A DNA stretch of 64,000 nt from Balanoglossus misakiensis (GCA_040954595.2 CM082596.2:10904454-10968453); one strand, 5' to 3'; positions 39,660-56,145 are shown, counted from the stretch's first letter. Program-made: numbers and translations. Notes: generated by a model from the letters alone, not told the origin.

Positions 39660-40620
39660 TGTGATTTGTTCGGATACTGTAGGCCTCCGGCCTCCTAGTA
39701 ATCACAAAAGTCATACAAAGAAAAGTACAGAGGGACACTCAACTAGAAACAAGTACAATCAGTATTACACGGTTCCTCAAGTTCCTCAACAGTCTCGGAA
39801 CGCATCTTCATGGCATAGTAGATAAATTTTGAAATATTGCGTACAATAGTTGTGTTTTGAGACTGTTAAAGCTGGGTAAATTTTTGAAAGGAAGGATTTA
39901 TGTAAAAATACCTTGGAATATATTTTGACCTTAACTCCTGATATAGAGGACACATCATACTAAAGTGGAACTCGTCTTCAATGCTTGTAGAATTACAATA
40001 TACACAAATTCTTTCTGAGCGCTCGTTACGTAATTTTCTATCTGATTCGATGCGTAGTGCATGCGCAGAAACTCTAAAACGACACATGGCTTCTCTATGT
40101 GAATCGTTATCAATACATGATAAGTAATGCTCTTGCCCAAAGGTCATTTTGAAAGTACGATAACAGTCCATTTTGGGAAACAGACGTAAATTTGAATACC
40201 AATTCTGAATATCAATGTCTCGACATATCTGTTTAAATAAATTAATAAAGTTAACATCACAACCCACACCTTGATTAAGCCAAGCTTCGCCCATACCAAA
40301 AGAAAACAACAAGGTCTTAACATCATAGGCCCAGCATGGTTTACTCTTTTCAGCTTCCTTATATTGGAAAATATAGCATTTTTGCACAATACGCAGCCAA
40401 TGTTTGATAATCCTTACAAGTCTACATGTACGAATTGTAAAACGCCCCAGCTCACCCCCAACAGCGAGAGTGGTCGCATTGCCATACAATCTCAAAATAA
40501 AACGACAGAATTTATTGTGTACTATTTCAATTTGGTCGGCCTGGTGGAAACCCCACACTTCACTTCCATACATTAAAATTGGAAGGATTTTACTATCAAA
40601 GCAATAAAGCAACGAATGAG
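39660..40620 (-). mobile_element. RTE-X-like LINE 3' fragment (mirror copy)
   Basis: The 303-aa ORF is identical to the left copy. Confidence 0.85.
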
Positions 40621-43600
40621 GTATCCCAAAGAAATGCAATGCTATGCTAAACATTTCTATTGTAAGATATTTTTGGTTTGCTCGAACGAATAGCACACAC
40701 TTCGTATTCAGCCAGGTGTTACACGAAGTGATGCGCTGAAAGGCATTACGTAACAAAACACTAGCCCATTTCAACAAACCGCCACTGGAAATAAATGCGA
40801 AATTTCTCCTGGCAATTTTTATTTCGAGTATCTAGTTCACAGTATCACATAAAATGCCATGAATAGTGAAGGAAAAGGTGAAATCCAATCATTATATGAG
40901 TGCCTTTCTTAATATACACTGGGATCGATCGCGAGCTTCGACCACGCGCAGGTAGCATGCCAGACAGAATGCGACAAAAGTATTCAGAAAGTACAAAAGA
41001 CTTTGCATAACAAAGCAGTGAAAACTGGAGACCTACACATTAACCAATCAGGGAGCTGAAAATTGAATAAATACATATTAATAAGACCTAACTTACAAGG
41101 TCCTGCATAATGAGGCAGTGAACACTGGAGGACCAGACCTACACATTAACCAATCAGGGAGCTGTAAAGTGAATAATACATAGTAATAAGACCTAACCTA
41201 CAAGGTCTAGTGAATAATACATAATGATAAGACCTAACACATAAGGTCCCTCCAATCAGCGTGCCGCAAGTGGACCTAAGATTACCAGATGGACCAATCA
41301 CAGATGTCGGTACATGTGCCATGGACCTGACTTATGAAACAGGACGAATGCGACGTCGACGGGATCACCTTCCATGACACAGCCCCCACCACCGCACAAA
41401 CGCCCGACAGCCAGTTTTGGCTTATTCACGTGATGTCCGGTGCTACATGCATGTCATCGGCCGACAACTTTGTTTGGCCGGTTTATTATGTGACTTGATC
41501 ACGCAACAGACGTCATTTGTATCAAAACCTTATTACAACTGCCCTGATTAGTTGATAAAAAGTGGCAGCTGGCCGGCCGACTTCTTCCTCAAAATAAACA
41601 TACGTTATGAACGAGGATATATGGGCAAAGGTCAGTGTGACGTCATGAGATTCGACTCTGGAACTCACGCGATGGATTTTGCCTGGTCGATGTACGTACG
41701 GCTACAATACAAATATTTCAAAGGTGGGTAATTTTTAACAATATTGTGTCCGTGTTTACGAGGTATTAAGAATTGTTGGCAAGTGCCTCTCAGAAAACTG
41801 GTCTTTTAAATATTGTCTTCGCAAAAAACGACAACATTTATCAACAACATTTCCTCCGCACGCGGTTTGACTTTAAAACAGGCCTGGGCAGGCAGGAGCC
41901 GTTCACGATGTTTAATGTGTGTAATCGCGATCCTGTAATGGTTTTTGACTGTAGAAATATCCACAGACGCCGGCATCAATGTTGCGAAAACAGGGTTATG
42001 ATTACAGTAAATAATGGAAATATGTACCTTCGTGCGTTTGAAGACGGAATTAGAAATAATCGACATAATATTTAATTTCTCATGTGCACTCTTCACCCGG
42101 CCGGGGCTGATGCGACTGTGTAAAAATATGTGTAAACTAAGTCAGTGTTGATTCTGTCCGGGTCATTATTCTAATGTATTTATTTTGAATTTACTTGTGT
42201 ACATTCAGGTAATCGTATGGATATGTATGGAAATACACATTAATTCAAGACAGTTATATCCCAGAAGTCGAACCTTCATGTGTGTATTCAGTGAAAGGAA
42301 CTCACAACATTATGTGATTTGATTTGTGTATGTGCTTGGGATCCAATCATGCTGTTGAGATTGCCTGGAAACTTGGGTTGCATGGCGTTTCAGTGAGTAT
42401 CATTTATGCTTTATGATGTTTTGCCGTATAATTTGTGGGTCATTTCAAGTACTAGTAAGTGATGATCAAATTTTACAGGTAACCATTTAAAACACGAATT
42501 ATACCAAATAAATGAATTTGCTTAGAATTCCAAACTGTGGGAGAGTTTGCATAATTTTTCGTATGCAATTTTCTGATGGCAATGTATTTGACTGTAAAAA
42601 AATATTGTCTTCCATTCGTAGCGCTATTTTGTCAGTGAAATGGCTTCATCATTATCTCTAGTCTCGGTTACCTAGACCCCCCTGCTTCTTCTGTTGGGCA
42701 CTCCAGAAAGAGGGTCTGGGGAAACCCCATAGACAAATCTCCTGGCAAAGATGGCCGACTTGAGACAAAAGCGATGCATGATGGTCGATATTTATAACAT
42801 TTGATATTATGATATGACAATATTAGAAAACTATTTACCAAACTTCTCTCTCTCTTTTCAATTTGCAGACAGTTTTAGCAGGTCTAGCACTTCTCAGCAT
42901 GTTTTTTATGTTTGGGGCTGCAGCAACCATCATGCATCGGTCATGCATCATGCATCGGCCATCTTTGCCCGGAGATTTGTCTATGGGGTTTCCCCAGACC
43001 TTCTTTCTGGAGTGCCCAACGGAAGAAGCAGGGGGGTCTAGGTAACCGAGACTACATTATCCCCCAACCAAAGTTGGAACAGAGTTAAATATGCACAGCT
43101 TGAAATTGTAAAATGTTGCAAAATTGAGCCAACAGTTCGGTCAACAATCACGTTCTTACAGCTATTATTAGAACCAGACTGTCTCAGGGAACAAGAGACA
43201 TAGGCCTGATTTGCAAGCCGAGTTGGAAATGACTTTGCCTGCCCACGGACCTACCAATTTCAGTGAATCTTATTTTATTTAAATATGAAAATGGAGAACT
43301 ATCCTCTGTTTTCTGATTGTTAGCCTGCATACATCATTATATGTACCTTGAGTGATTCCGGTTTATTTCATATCCTGTGAATGGGAATTTAGTTACCAAA
43401 ACCGGCGTTTCTCACAGTGCAAAGACCTAATCCACTGGGCAACCGGGTCTGTCAAATTGATCTGATGCCTCTTCCTGGCCGAAGGATCACCAGTTGTATT
43501 TTCACATTGCATATAAATAGAAACCCAATTAAATTATGCCATATGATTTTATTGACAATTAAAAGTTTCATAACTGTTAGTGTTAATTACAATACCTAAA

Positions 43601-46600
43601 TTTCCAAATGTAAGAATGCTGTAAGTTTTCATGTGATTGATATTAATTATACATTTTCAAAATTTGCTTCTCTGAATTTTCACGTCTTGTCAGCCCAATT
43701 GGGCTGGTGAATATACACAAATAAATCTTTAAAACATACTGTAAAATCATTATTCTATTGTACAAAAATATTAAGAAAGAAAGATTTTTTTTATTTTATC
43801 CAATATATAATCGGCCGTCAACGCACTAGCAGGGTTACGTGATTCAAAAATGCATGCGAAACTAAATTTCATTGAACTACTGACTCAGTGATTGATATGT
43901 AAATTAGGAGCAGCCAATAAGCACGCATTGGTGAACCCGACCTGACCCCGTCCACCGTACTCCATGCCCAGGCCATATGTTCACTGCGTAAGTGTGTCTA
44001 AATATAGCTCGGTTACATTTGCATAAATTACAGCTTTGTTCATGTTCTTCTGAACTTTGTCTGATAGAATAAACATGAGTCTTATAAAAGTTTGAGTTTA
44101 CAAAAATTTAGAAGAAAGTTTGTACTCAGTGTGCCATCGAAGTGGGAAAGGAAAGATAATAACACTGTCAGGAGTCTACTACCTCCATGATGAACCAGAG
44201 AGCAATGACTATTTTAATTTATTTCAAATACTATGTTTACAACTGCTACATGTATGCTCCCATTAACTGGGGAAAGGAAATGATTGAACTGTCTGTTTAT
44301 GTGATCCGGATTTTGTGATTTTCTGATAGATTGATAGTTTTCTGATAGTTTATGGACGATGCTGTTCTTCCAATGACTGTCCAGTACGTATTTGCACAAT
44401 GTAAACCTTGACCAGGTGTACAGCACCCTCATGAAGCAAAGAGGTACAACCGTTCTCTTTGGTAACTTGGCTGCTATGAGTAGGTTGGTAAATTTTTGTC
44501 GCTCTTTGAAATCGCTCATAAAAGTGTTCAATTGTTGACATCCACTTCTATTATTGAGATGAAATGATGCATTAGTCTCTCAAGAACAGTCAACTGTAAT
44601 AATTTGGAAGAGTGTTTAATGTTTTTGTGAGTTTTTTGAGCTTTTATTCAGAGTTGATGTAAGTACAATGAACAGTCACATGTGTTACAGTGTACTGCCA
44701 TGGTCAAACAATACTTGGACATTTAGTTATTATCGCCTGTTGGAAATTTCTCTCGTAACTTCTACTGGTGCACCGATTTTTTTTTTTCTTTTAACATGCA
44801 TTTCTCATACATTGCACTACTGGTGCGAATTGGTATAACAATACAGTGAATTGCATCACCAATATAGCAGTATAACACAGGATACAAAATCTAAGATGTC
44901 TTAGGATGTTTTTGAACTAATCAGTAACCATTTTCTAAAAATTATAGAGCTGAAACTAAAATTCAGAATTTGGTCAGCCCTGGGAAATATATTGTGTGAA
45001 GCCATTTATGTGTGTGGGGCCATTTTTTATACTAAATTTAAAATGGTAATTAGAGCCCTTGGTAGAAGTTCTGCACTGAAAAAAAGTGTGAACTTGGCAT
45101 GGGCAGGTAAAAGAATTGTTGGTAAATCATTTAGCAAATTCCTGAATGATTGCATAACTGGCTACGTTTTGAAGAGACCAGCTGTTCTATTTAGTATATG
45201 TACAGTACATATGCCATTGGCAGCTTATGGGTTAGTCAGTGCTTGCCCATTGATCTCTCACTATGTGTGTGTGTCTGTCTGTATATGGCCATGTACTCTG
45301 GTGTAGACTTTTTCTTGTGTAATGACTCAATGGGACCACCATGTCCTTGACGCGATTTTTGCCATTTTTGGTCAAAAATCAGTTTCTCTGAGACTTCCTG
45401 TCAGATTGCTTTTAAATTTTGGTATTCTTGTTCCAAGTGGTAACCCTCGTAATGTTGCATCATTTTGGTGAAATTTGTACATTTGTGGTCTTGAAGCAAT
45501 TTTTGCAATTTATATTCTTTGAAACCACTTGTTCCTTGTGGTGATTGAAGTAAGATATGGTACAATTTGTTGATATTGAATTTTTGTGGTTTGAGGCAGT
45601 TTTTGTCATTGTTGAACACATATTATTTTCGCTGAAAATACTTGTCAGATTCCTTTGAAATTTTATTACAGTAGGTCATATCTGCTTGCCAATGTCACTT
45701 GTGATTTTTTTTTCGTGTACACACCTGATTTTGCGTAATCCCCAGATGGGTCCACAGTGTGTTATAACGTGACCAATATTTACTGGTAAATCCTGTATGT
45801 TCTACTTCTGGCAACTTTGAAATATGTTGATGTTTGGGTTAAATGAGATTCTTCACAAACATACAATACAGAGTGTGTGGTACAGTCCATGGTCACATTC
45901 AGAACTACCTAGTCTATATCTGTATGCTTTGCTTCCAAAACTAACACCTAGAGCCATGCATACCATTGGCCAAATAAACTGGAACCTCTAGCTGGGAATA
46001 GTGATGTAAGTAGTGTCCCTTTGAAGTCAATCACATAAACTGAACAGTGTTGATTAAGTGTAAGATAAAAAAATAGATTATAGTGAAGGCAGGGCTTATA
46101 ACATTGAAAATGCTACCAGCCTTAATTACACATATCCTTTGTATAATCATTGGAAAAACAATGTACCATAGACTTGCATAGCACTGTGATGGTGAATCAC
46201 AAATAGCCACTTTCATTACATTACATCAATCAGTCGATTAGCTATAATAAGATAAATATTCCCACTGTAATTAACATCACTGTTGTTATTAGTATCTATT
46301 GCCAATCAGTATTAATTATGCCATTATGTTATTTTAAGTCAATTGTCAAGGTTCATGTACATATCTTACAACTTAACTATCTTGTCAAAAACTTCCACTT
46401 GAATATGTACCAAATTCTAGGCTCACCAGTAGGGTTAGAGATAAAGTGTTTTATATTAACATGCATTAATATGAAACTAGAATTTGATGGTTAATTTAGG
46501 ACTCCCTTGATCTATGGTGACCTCATTAAATGTGTGCATATCTAATTCTAGGCTATCCATTGGAGGTAGAAACCTGGACATGGCCAACTTTGGGGTCAAA

Positions 46601-49600
46601 ATCTTTTGACACACTTTTGGGTAATCTTGGGTAAACTTTGCCCTACATTCCTATATTTTGGGATCCGGAGCAGATATATCCTTGACACTTGGACTGATGG
46701 AACTATGTAATGGACTATTATGTCTTACCTCATTAATTTTGTGCATACCTAATGCCAGGCTAACCAATATGGCTGAAAGTCTGGCTTTTGTTTGACATAA
46801 TGAATTTGAGATCAGCATTTTTCTACAGCAGCCATGTTTCACTTACGAAAGGATGGAAAATATAAAGGCTTGCATGGTAGACTGAACTGTTTACTTCCCT
46901 TCCCTGAGACTGTGTGCCAATGACGGGATAGCCTACTCAGCGTTGGGTAGATCCTAAGAAGGCCTCAGCCAGGTTTCAAATAAAAAGAAAGCGGAAATAG
47001 CTTGAATGGTGGGTTACATCGTTAACTTCCCTGCAGAGCTGATTTCTCAGACTGTGAGCCAATGACGGGTAAAGCCTCTAGGTAGGGGCCACCTAAGACA
47101 GGCCAGTCATGCTTTAATTACAAAGAAGGGCAAGTTCAGTCTTACCACAACTTTGTCTGCTGTAGATGCTTCATAAAGATTGCATAGTATTTTGAGAACA
47201 CATTGTGTAACCAGGTAAAAAGTACTGGCAAACACAGCCATAGTGGTATGAAAAAACATCTAATGTGGCTTAATAAAAGACATATAAAACACAGCAAAAG
47301 CACTGTGACTAAAAGAGACATAATACTCAATTACATAGTTCCATCACTCCAAATGTCAAGGATGTATCAGCTTTGGATGCCAAGATATGGGAATGAATGT
47401 CAAAGTTTACCCAGATCACCCAAAATTTTGTCGACAACTTTTGACACCAAAGTTGTCCATGTCTAGGGATCTACCTCAACTGGATAGCCCAGAATTAGAT
47501 ATGCACATATTTAATGATGTTACCATAGATCAAGGCAGTCCTAAATTAACCATCAAATTCTAGTTTCATGTTAATTCATGTTAATATGAAACACTGTATC
47601 TCTAACCCTTCTGGTAAGCCATTCGGTCTTTCATACTACCCAATATGGGAGTGTAGGTAAAAAGTCACCGCAAGGTCATTTGTAATTTTGCTTACAGAAA
47701 TCTGGTCCCTGACATTTGGTAAAGGGGTCGAGAATTGTTGTCCCAGAGTAGAACATATTCTTGAAAAAAAACTTTGAGGGGTAGAAGGAAGTTTTTCATT
47801 TTAAACTTAAGTGCTTCAAATAGTAGAGAGGTTCTCATGTTATTTCAATAAAACCTTAAATGTCATCATTATATCTTTAGACTCAAACTCAAAGTTGCCA
47901 ATCTTTCATTATTTTCATGGTTTAACTTTTGATCTTAGATTGATCCATCTAAATAGGCTTACTGATAGATAAACATGAACATGTTATTGACAAATGAATG
48001 TGGCTGTATGTTAGTAAGTTAGATATTAATCAACCCCCATATGAAGGGTACACAACTATTGTGGTATGCATCGGCAAGAGATGACAAACCCATGCACATA
48101 CAAGCAATATGGCTCAGTGGGAAATATTTTACCGAGGAAAGAGATTTGTAAAATTTGGCAGCTTGTGAGGCTGTAGTTTTAAAATCTTTGATATGTGTTT
48201 TTACTCTTTGGGTCCCATTTCGTATACCATTGGGGGACCCAAGTGAAATTGGTCAAAACTCTGAAACACAAGAAGGTGCTGGTCAGATTGCTTTAGAAAT
48301 TGGTGTGTACATTGTATTTTATTGAGACCTTATACAGATTATTTTCATTTTTTAATGTATACTTTTGGAGCGATTTTTGCCTTTTGGTCAAATACTCTGA
48401 AACCTTTACCCATATTTTTTTGAAATTTGGTTTCCAGGTTCCTAGGTGTGTTTTCAAGACTTTTAAGCAAACCCTATGATGAAAGTGTTGATTTTTTTTT
48501 TTTGGCAAATTTTGCCATTTTTGGCTCCGAAGTGTAACGAGGAGACTATCGAATTGGGTAAAACCGTATGAGCTACTACTTCCTTCCGTCAACAACCTGT
48601 CAAGAATGCATACCATTTTCTGGTAGGGGTGTGTAGCTTTATGTTTTTGGCGGTGGTGTGTAGCATTGAGGTGTTGAGGAAGAATTGGAAAAGTGACAGA
48701 AATCGGAACGGATTAGCCAGTAGTGTTTTCGCTACCCCCATGCCAAATCACAAATGCAAGAAAAAAGTTGCGAGCCGATTTTCATACATATTAGCCAAAC
48801 TTGCAAAGCACTGCTATCTTACATCGTCGTTTGTTTTGCCATGATCAACATGCCATGATCAGTGCACTACAACGCATGAAAGTGGACGGTTGTTCTGTTC
48901 ATTGATCATCACCCCCCTGTATCATGAACATCGCAAGGCAATGCATTGAATTCAGCTCTTCCAGCTAGTGGTCGCACTCGCTTGATTTCCTGCGTGTGTC
49001 TCTGGGGACGCAAAGAATGCATATGCGTCTTTTCCTTATTTGCATATTTCGAATGGAAACGCGTCAGGTGTAAAGGTTGTTATGGAAGTTTCTTTATAGA
49101 ACCACTAGTGTTAGTCTGTGGGCCCAACCAGCAAAAAAAGTTCTAGAAATGTCATTATGTTGTAAAGGAGTTTTGTACTACATGAAATTAGCTGGAAATG
49201 ACGGGTGGTAAACTATTGATGTGAAATCAGGTCACTTCTATTGAAAATGATGGACCAGAGAGCAAATGACTATTTTAATTCATTTCATATACTATGTTCA
49301 CAACTGCTACGCTCCCAGCAACTGGGGAAACTAAATGATTGAACTTTCTGTTTGATCAATGCATGTATTTTTTTGCTAAAACCTGCACTACTATGGTCAG
49401 AACATGACATTATATACTTGAAAATGGAGAATTTTTTATCAAAACAGTTCAGCTGATCTTGAATGCTGTCTGATATTTTTTTCAAAATGTATTTCTTTCA
49501 CTTTTAGACTACTACTTCTACTTAACTTGCACTGTTTTTTTTCAAAACACATTTCTCATAGCTTGCACTGGTGCAATTTGATATAACAATACACAATGAA

Positions 49601-52600
49601 TTTCATCAGTATAACATAAGGTACAAACGAAGCCATTTGTGTGTGCGGGCCATTTTTAAGACTAAATTTAAAACAGTTATTAGAGCCCTTTGCTAGTGGT
49701 TTTCCCCCTACCAAGCACCCACCTTATCAGGCTGCATTCAATATTACATGAGCAAAAAGTTCAGCATTTCACCTTGGTGTTTGCAAATTGTTCCTTTCAA
49801 CTATATACCAAACCACTGTTCTCCAAACATGCTGCTCCTCATCCACTACACCCTGAGAGAACACAAACTGTCCTTGACGCTATTTTCTGTGATTGCTTCA
49901 ATATTGTTTGCAGTTTCAAGGGGAATTCTTACTGTGATATATGAAAAGTCAGCTGAAATTGTTGCATTTTGGGGACATGCTTTCGAATGTTGATAAAAAA
50001 ATCTTTTTCTCAGAACATGCATGACTGATAAATTTAAAATTTTAGTTGTAAGTAATAGATACATGTATGTTCTTCATATAAATTATAATGGAATCAAATC
50101 ATAGCTCAATTTAATTTTTTTATTATGTTAGATGTATTATCTTATACCGCAAATATTTTATAAAAAAAGTGAAATAACCCTTACATTGTTCTTTGCAATT
50201 TAGGAGGAACCCCCCCCCCCACTGAAAATTGTATACACATTGACCTCTCTATGACTGTATACATGCCAATGTGTATGTTTTAAAAATTTATGGTCCTGAT
50301 AAGAGTGAAATGATTTTTACGTAATACTTGCTAAATGGATTATCTCCTATGAGATGTGCAATCTTATTACCTAATTGTTTCTGACATTTTGCCTCTTATG
50401 CCTAATATATGTCATTTTCAAGATCCCCAAAACAAGCTGATATAACTTAACAATGGATAAAAATATTCCAAACAGTGTAGCCATTTGTTCAAAACATAAA
50501 ATGTGAGTGATATATACTTCAAAGAATGTACAAGTTTGCATATTTTTTATCATGTTTTCCTCAATAATTGTACTGTTTCTGTAGATATCAGAGGTTTAAT
50601 GTTATTCAAATAAATGTAGTGCATATCACATTTTAATTTAAGCCATCATGTGCTAATGTGGCAGCCATGGCCCACTGTCGTCATGAATTGAAATTCACAC
50701 GTGCTTTACCATCCTCACGAACTGTGTTGAACTGGCACACTGCAAATTTTGAAAATATGTTATTGATCACAATCACACGCACACTGACAGCATCCTTTTT
50801 GGGGATACAGGTACTGACACTATCAGTCATAATACTTTTGAATCCTCAATAAAGAATTTATTGAAGAATTTAAAGGCACGTAAGCTGCAACTTTTGGGAT
50901 AATTTTCATATTTTTTGTTTCAAACTGTACTACCATTAGTCTATGCAGATGAAGGCAGTGAACTAAACACAAGCATTATAAACCCTAAATATGAGTGCAT
51001 ATGCAATTTCTAACCAGATAAATAATAAAGCTTTGCCGCAAGCGATTATGGCCGCCACCACGGGAAAATGCAAAAAAACAACGAAAATGTTGCATTTCCG
51101 GTTATGAAACTTTATAAACAAAACATGATCTCATCCACTTGAGCTCATCGAAGTAAATGTACACCGCTGAGACATTATATTTTCGTTTTTCATTCCAATA
51201 TTGCACTTTTTAAAAAAATGCAGGAATTTTCATTTTTCTTCAATTCTTGGCCATTTTGTCATAAATAAGTGTTGAACTTGATATATTATCATGAAATATC
51301 ATTTAATAGACATGATTAAAAGCATATATGAGATTATTTAAAACTTTAATTTTTTTATCCAGTTGCAGCTCATGTGCCTTTAACAGGATTTATATTTGAA
51401 CGCAAAGTATAAAATTCCTTTGTGCCGTAGAAATGAAAATCTGCATTTTGTGGTCCTTCTGCTGGTGAGAAGCAACGGATAAATTCAGCATGCTCATCGC
51501 CCAGAAAATTTAGGTGTACAGAAAAAAAAAACTAGAATGACAACAGCTATGCATGCAGCTATGCAGGCTAACAATAGAAACACAGAGAACAGTTCTCCAT
51601 ATTCGATTTTAATACGATAAGATTCACTGAAATTGGCAGGTCCGTGGGCAGGCAAAGTCATTTCCAACTCGGCTTGCAAATCAGACCCATGTCTCTTGTT
51701 CCCTGATACTGTCTGCTTCTAATAATAGCAATAAGAACTTGACTGTTGTCCGAACTTTTGGTTCAATTTCGCAACATTTTATGATTTCAAGCAGTGCATA
51801 TTTAACTCTGTTTCAACTTTGGTTGGATGGATAATGATGAAGCCATTTCACTGACAAAATAACGCTACGAATGGACGTCAATATTTGTTTACAGGCAAAT
51901 ACATTATTGTTAATGTTTATTTCAGATAAAAAATAATCCATAGGAGGTAAACAAGAAAAAAAATACTTCTAGTTAAAATAGTCTTTGACACCAAACATTC
52001 CATAATAAAAATTTTGAAAAAATAGACTTGGGCAGTACAGAAGACACGATCAAAGTACTAGAAAGCTGAAACCTGCTCATTAAACTATATGACTTTTTTT
52101 CCTTAAGTATCTCATCAAGAGTTAAAACATTTAGATTATCAAGCAATAAAGTATTACTTTGAACATGACTATGTTCGAAACCTGTTAATTTACGAAATAT
52201 CAGAGAATATGCTGTTCTAGCGGTATAAAACATTTTCATAGAAAAATTACACCACTAATGAGAATTGAACAGAATGTCACAAAAAACTGAAATTATATTA
52301 TACCAGTATATTGATGGTGTAAATCACGCTATTTGATTGGTCGAGACACGACACGTGACCGTGATATATTAGCCATATACCACAGTCATATATCATAGTC
52401 AAAGAAAATGCCTTTTTAAAATGTTTTATGCAAAGTTTCAATATACTGGCATAATATAATAGCAATAAAACCCCCCCAGCCATGGTATACCACTCGATTT
52501 TGACCAGTTCAACTCCATGTCGTGAACTGGTCAAAATCTCGTGGTATACCATGGCTGGGGGTGTTTTATTGCTTAAATATATGACATTTGACCGATAAAG

Positions 52601-55600
52601 ATGCAAATTTATAATCACAAAGGATAGCGTTTCCCCCCTAAAGTATAAAAAACAACTCTGAGCTTGAATATCCTCATTATCTTTAAGGTTTCAAGATATT
52701 AAATGACCAAGATATTTGTAAACATTAACATAGCTCAGTAGTCTACCATTTAAATAAATTGGAACTGTTTTAAGTTACCTAACACTGGGTTGAATTAGCA
52801 TAAACACCGTCTTTTTCTCATTGAAAAGTATCGCATTTATACTGCCTTAACGACCACAGCAATTAACTAACATTTGGTGACCGTAGGCTCCAGTAGAGAA
52901 AATAACTATATCGAAATGTTTCAACCTGTAATCGCCAAGAAGACATCTGAACTGAAGTTTTGATAAATTCCTACTGAAATCATCTAAGTACACTGTGAAA
53001 AAAATTGGAGATGAAATTCCGCCCTGTTTAACATCTTTTTTAGACTAGAATGGTGCAGTATAGATCCGTTCCATTTAACAACAAAATCTTGAAAAGTCTA
53101 ACACTTTGAGACGTACATAAAAGTAACAAAAACATGCGTGTTATGATGTTTATAATAACTCAGAATTTCCTTCAATACAAAAATGGCTAAATCAGTACAA
53201 TGTTCTGGTTAAAAACCAAATTGATGATTCGTAGAAGAGAGACAATCCATAAAGTTTAGAGGCCGTTGTTGCAAATGCATTGCCATCAGAAAAATACACA
53301 TTTTTGTATAACTGCAAGATCTCGCACAGCTGTGAAATTCTAAGGAAATTCATTCATTGGATAAAATTTGTAGTTTATGGATTGTTAAACAATCTTAGTC
53401 ATGAAACCTAAATGGTTACCTCAGCAAAACTATGGCAAGCCAAGTGTTGCAAATTTCAATAAAACCATTTTTGTGTTCATGAAGACCATGTTTGTGTTCA
53501 ATAAAACCATGTTTATGTTGATACACTTTTTCAACACTAGATGGCGCTCTGCAATATTTCAAGCATACACCTTTTTGACTCTAGCTGGCGCTCTGCAATA
53601 TTCAAGCAGACGATGCTGAGTGGGATTTGCCTTTGGATTCAGATACGTTTTATTGTTGAAAAATGTCACACATTTTATTTAGAGGTTGATCAATTGCATT
53701 CGTCTTTAAGCAGGAAACATTTGTTTTGTAGCCAAAACTGAGAGTTGTCCGAAATTGGATAAGGCATTTGAGTAAACATTCAGGATCGTTTATAGTGGCT
53801 AGAGTAAAAATGCTGGTTTATAGAAATTGTTGTCAAGGGGAGTTGTTGGGCTACATAAGTGCAGCAAGGTGGGTTACTGTGCCAAACCACTCTACTAAGC
53901 CAATTTCCTGGTGCAATTGATATATTATTTATACAAGCCTGTGCTTATGGCCACATGCATCTCTGACTACAGCAGAGCCTGTGCTTAGGGACCGTATAGT
54001 TTTTAGGGGGGGGGGGGTCAGCAAAATCCTAGCGGGGTCACATAAATTTTGACATCCAATAGGGTGGGGGCTCATGTTTTTTTTAAACGTTTGGGGGTCA
54101 CATGCTTTTGCCCCCTTTGGTTTTGAGTCCACAAAAATGCAGTTTCGAGCCCTTTATTTTACAGATTTTTCTATACCCTCCTCCTTCATTCTCCACCACA
54201 TTTCATTTATTAGCTGGGTTATCTAGCGTACCAGGGCAGAGTACTTGCCACCGCACCCCCACGGATTCTAACATTGAGTTGATTTGTTTTTGAGTTCCTT
54301 AAAATACAACTTTGAGCTCCGTATTGTACACCCCTTCCCACACCCACTCCTTCACTTCTTTTGTTTTACAATCTGTGTTTGAACATATTTTTCTCAAGTC
54401 ATTAATATTGCAGAAATTGTTTTCCTCTATACCATCTGCCAGCATTTTTCTCTCCAAAAGTCCCCTATCCCCATCATTGCATGGGGCTATGGGGCTAAAT
54501 ATGTACATGTATTAATAATAGATAAAATTCAGACCATGCTACTGTACAGAGGGTTATTTATAATAACAGTTTTCATGTTTTTTGCTACATTTTATGTAAG
54601 TGTACCTCTGTAATTACTCAGCATTCTTAGTAATATGTACCCTTATATTGTCCACTTTGCCAACGCCTAGCCATGTCACTGATACAACAAAGCCCTATAC
54701 CCATTGCTTGGAAGTGTGATCTAACTGGTATCCCCTTGAAGTCAATCTCAAATTTTGTTTATCCAATGAGTGGACACAGAATATATATGGTTAACTTTAA
54801 GAAAGGATTGGTAACATTTCAAATCATAAGCCATGTTTTCTTTATGATACAGACACAGTCCTCAGGATGTTGGGGTCCATGTGACCCCTTCCTAAAGGGG
54901 CCCCGCCACCACTATGCATTATAGGCAAAGGGCATTGCAGAGCGCCATCTTGTGACAAATGGTGTTCATGAACACAAAAATGTACTATTCGTTTTTGCCA
55001 CAAACATGTTTTTTATGAACACAAACATGCTTTTTTATGAACACAAACATGGTTTTCATGGACACACAAATGGTTTTATTGAATTTTGCAACACTTGGCT
55101 TGCCATATAAAACTGTGTTAAATTTCGTCATCAATTGCTTGAAATCACACAGGACATCCCCAGAGCTAAGTTACCCATGCAGAAGTCAGTTGCATCTCAG
55201 CTTGCAAATTGGGACTAAGTCATGTCTTCATTGGGACTGTCTGCAGTCTCGTTCACAGTCCTTTGTGCTCATTTGTGAACTTAGAAATGTTCTTTCCTTT
55301 GAATAAATATGGGCCACTAGAACAATTTCAGCTTATTTGCCAATAGAGAGGTTTAGTTACACTTACACGTAAATATGCGTACGTCTGATGGCAGCAGTGG
55401 CATTCGCATAGGTGTTTTGCAGTTTAGTTGTCCGTTTTGAGTATTAATAGAAAATTCAAATTGTTTTCACTTAAAATTTTGTGTGTTATGAATATTCTCT
55501 AAGATCACCACCCTTGCAATAGGTTTCTTGACTGCAGTGGAAATATACTTTAGTAAAGTTTTCCGATGTCTTAATCGAGGCGTCCACTGAAAACTTATCA

Positions 55601-56145
55601 TGGGAATAAATTTTGTGTTCATGTTTTTAAAATGCCAAATACTGCCGGTTTTAGCACATATGGCAGAAATCTTTCAGATTACATGGATGCTGGCTACATC
55701 ACAATTGCACTTTCAGAGATCAATCCCTCAAATTAGAGAGAGAATATCGAAAAATCATGATTACGCGTAGAAGCGTCGCTTGCCGTACCGAACGTCTGCT
55801 CTACACATACGCAATGTATCTTTATCACATTACAACGACGCTACACGTGCTGATCGAACGTATTTACGTGTAACTAAACCTCTCTACTGTTATTCACAAA
55901 ATACTGGGATTCATGTCCTAGTACATCGTATGCTTCGGTATTGTCCTCCAGCGGCACGTCTCTGACAATGTTATAGTTAAACCCAGGTAGCCATATGATG
56001 TCAGGCAAATGGTCTCCTGCCCTCTAACCTCTTACCTGGAGTGGAGTGGAGTGGAGTGCCATTGGTAAAACATATTTATATTTTTGTGTGTTGACGTACC
56101 TAGATTGTGTGAGTGAGGATGCATCTGTCAGATGACACCAGCTAA

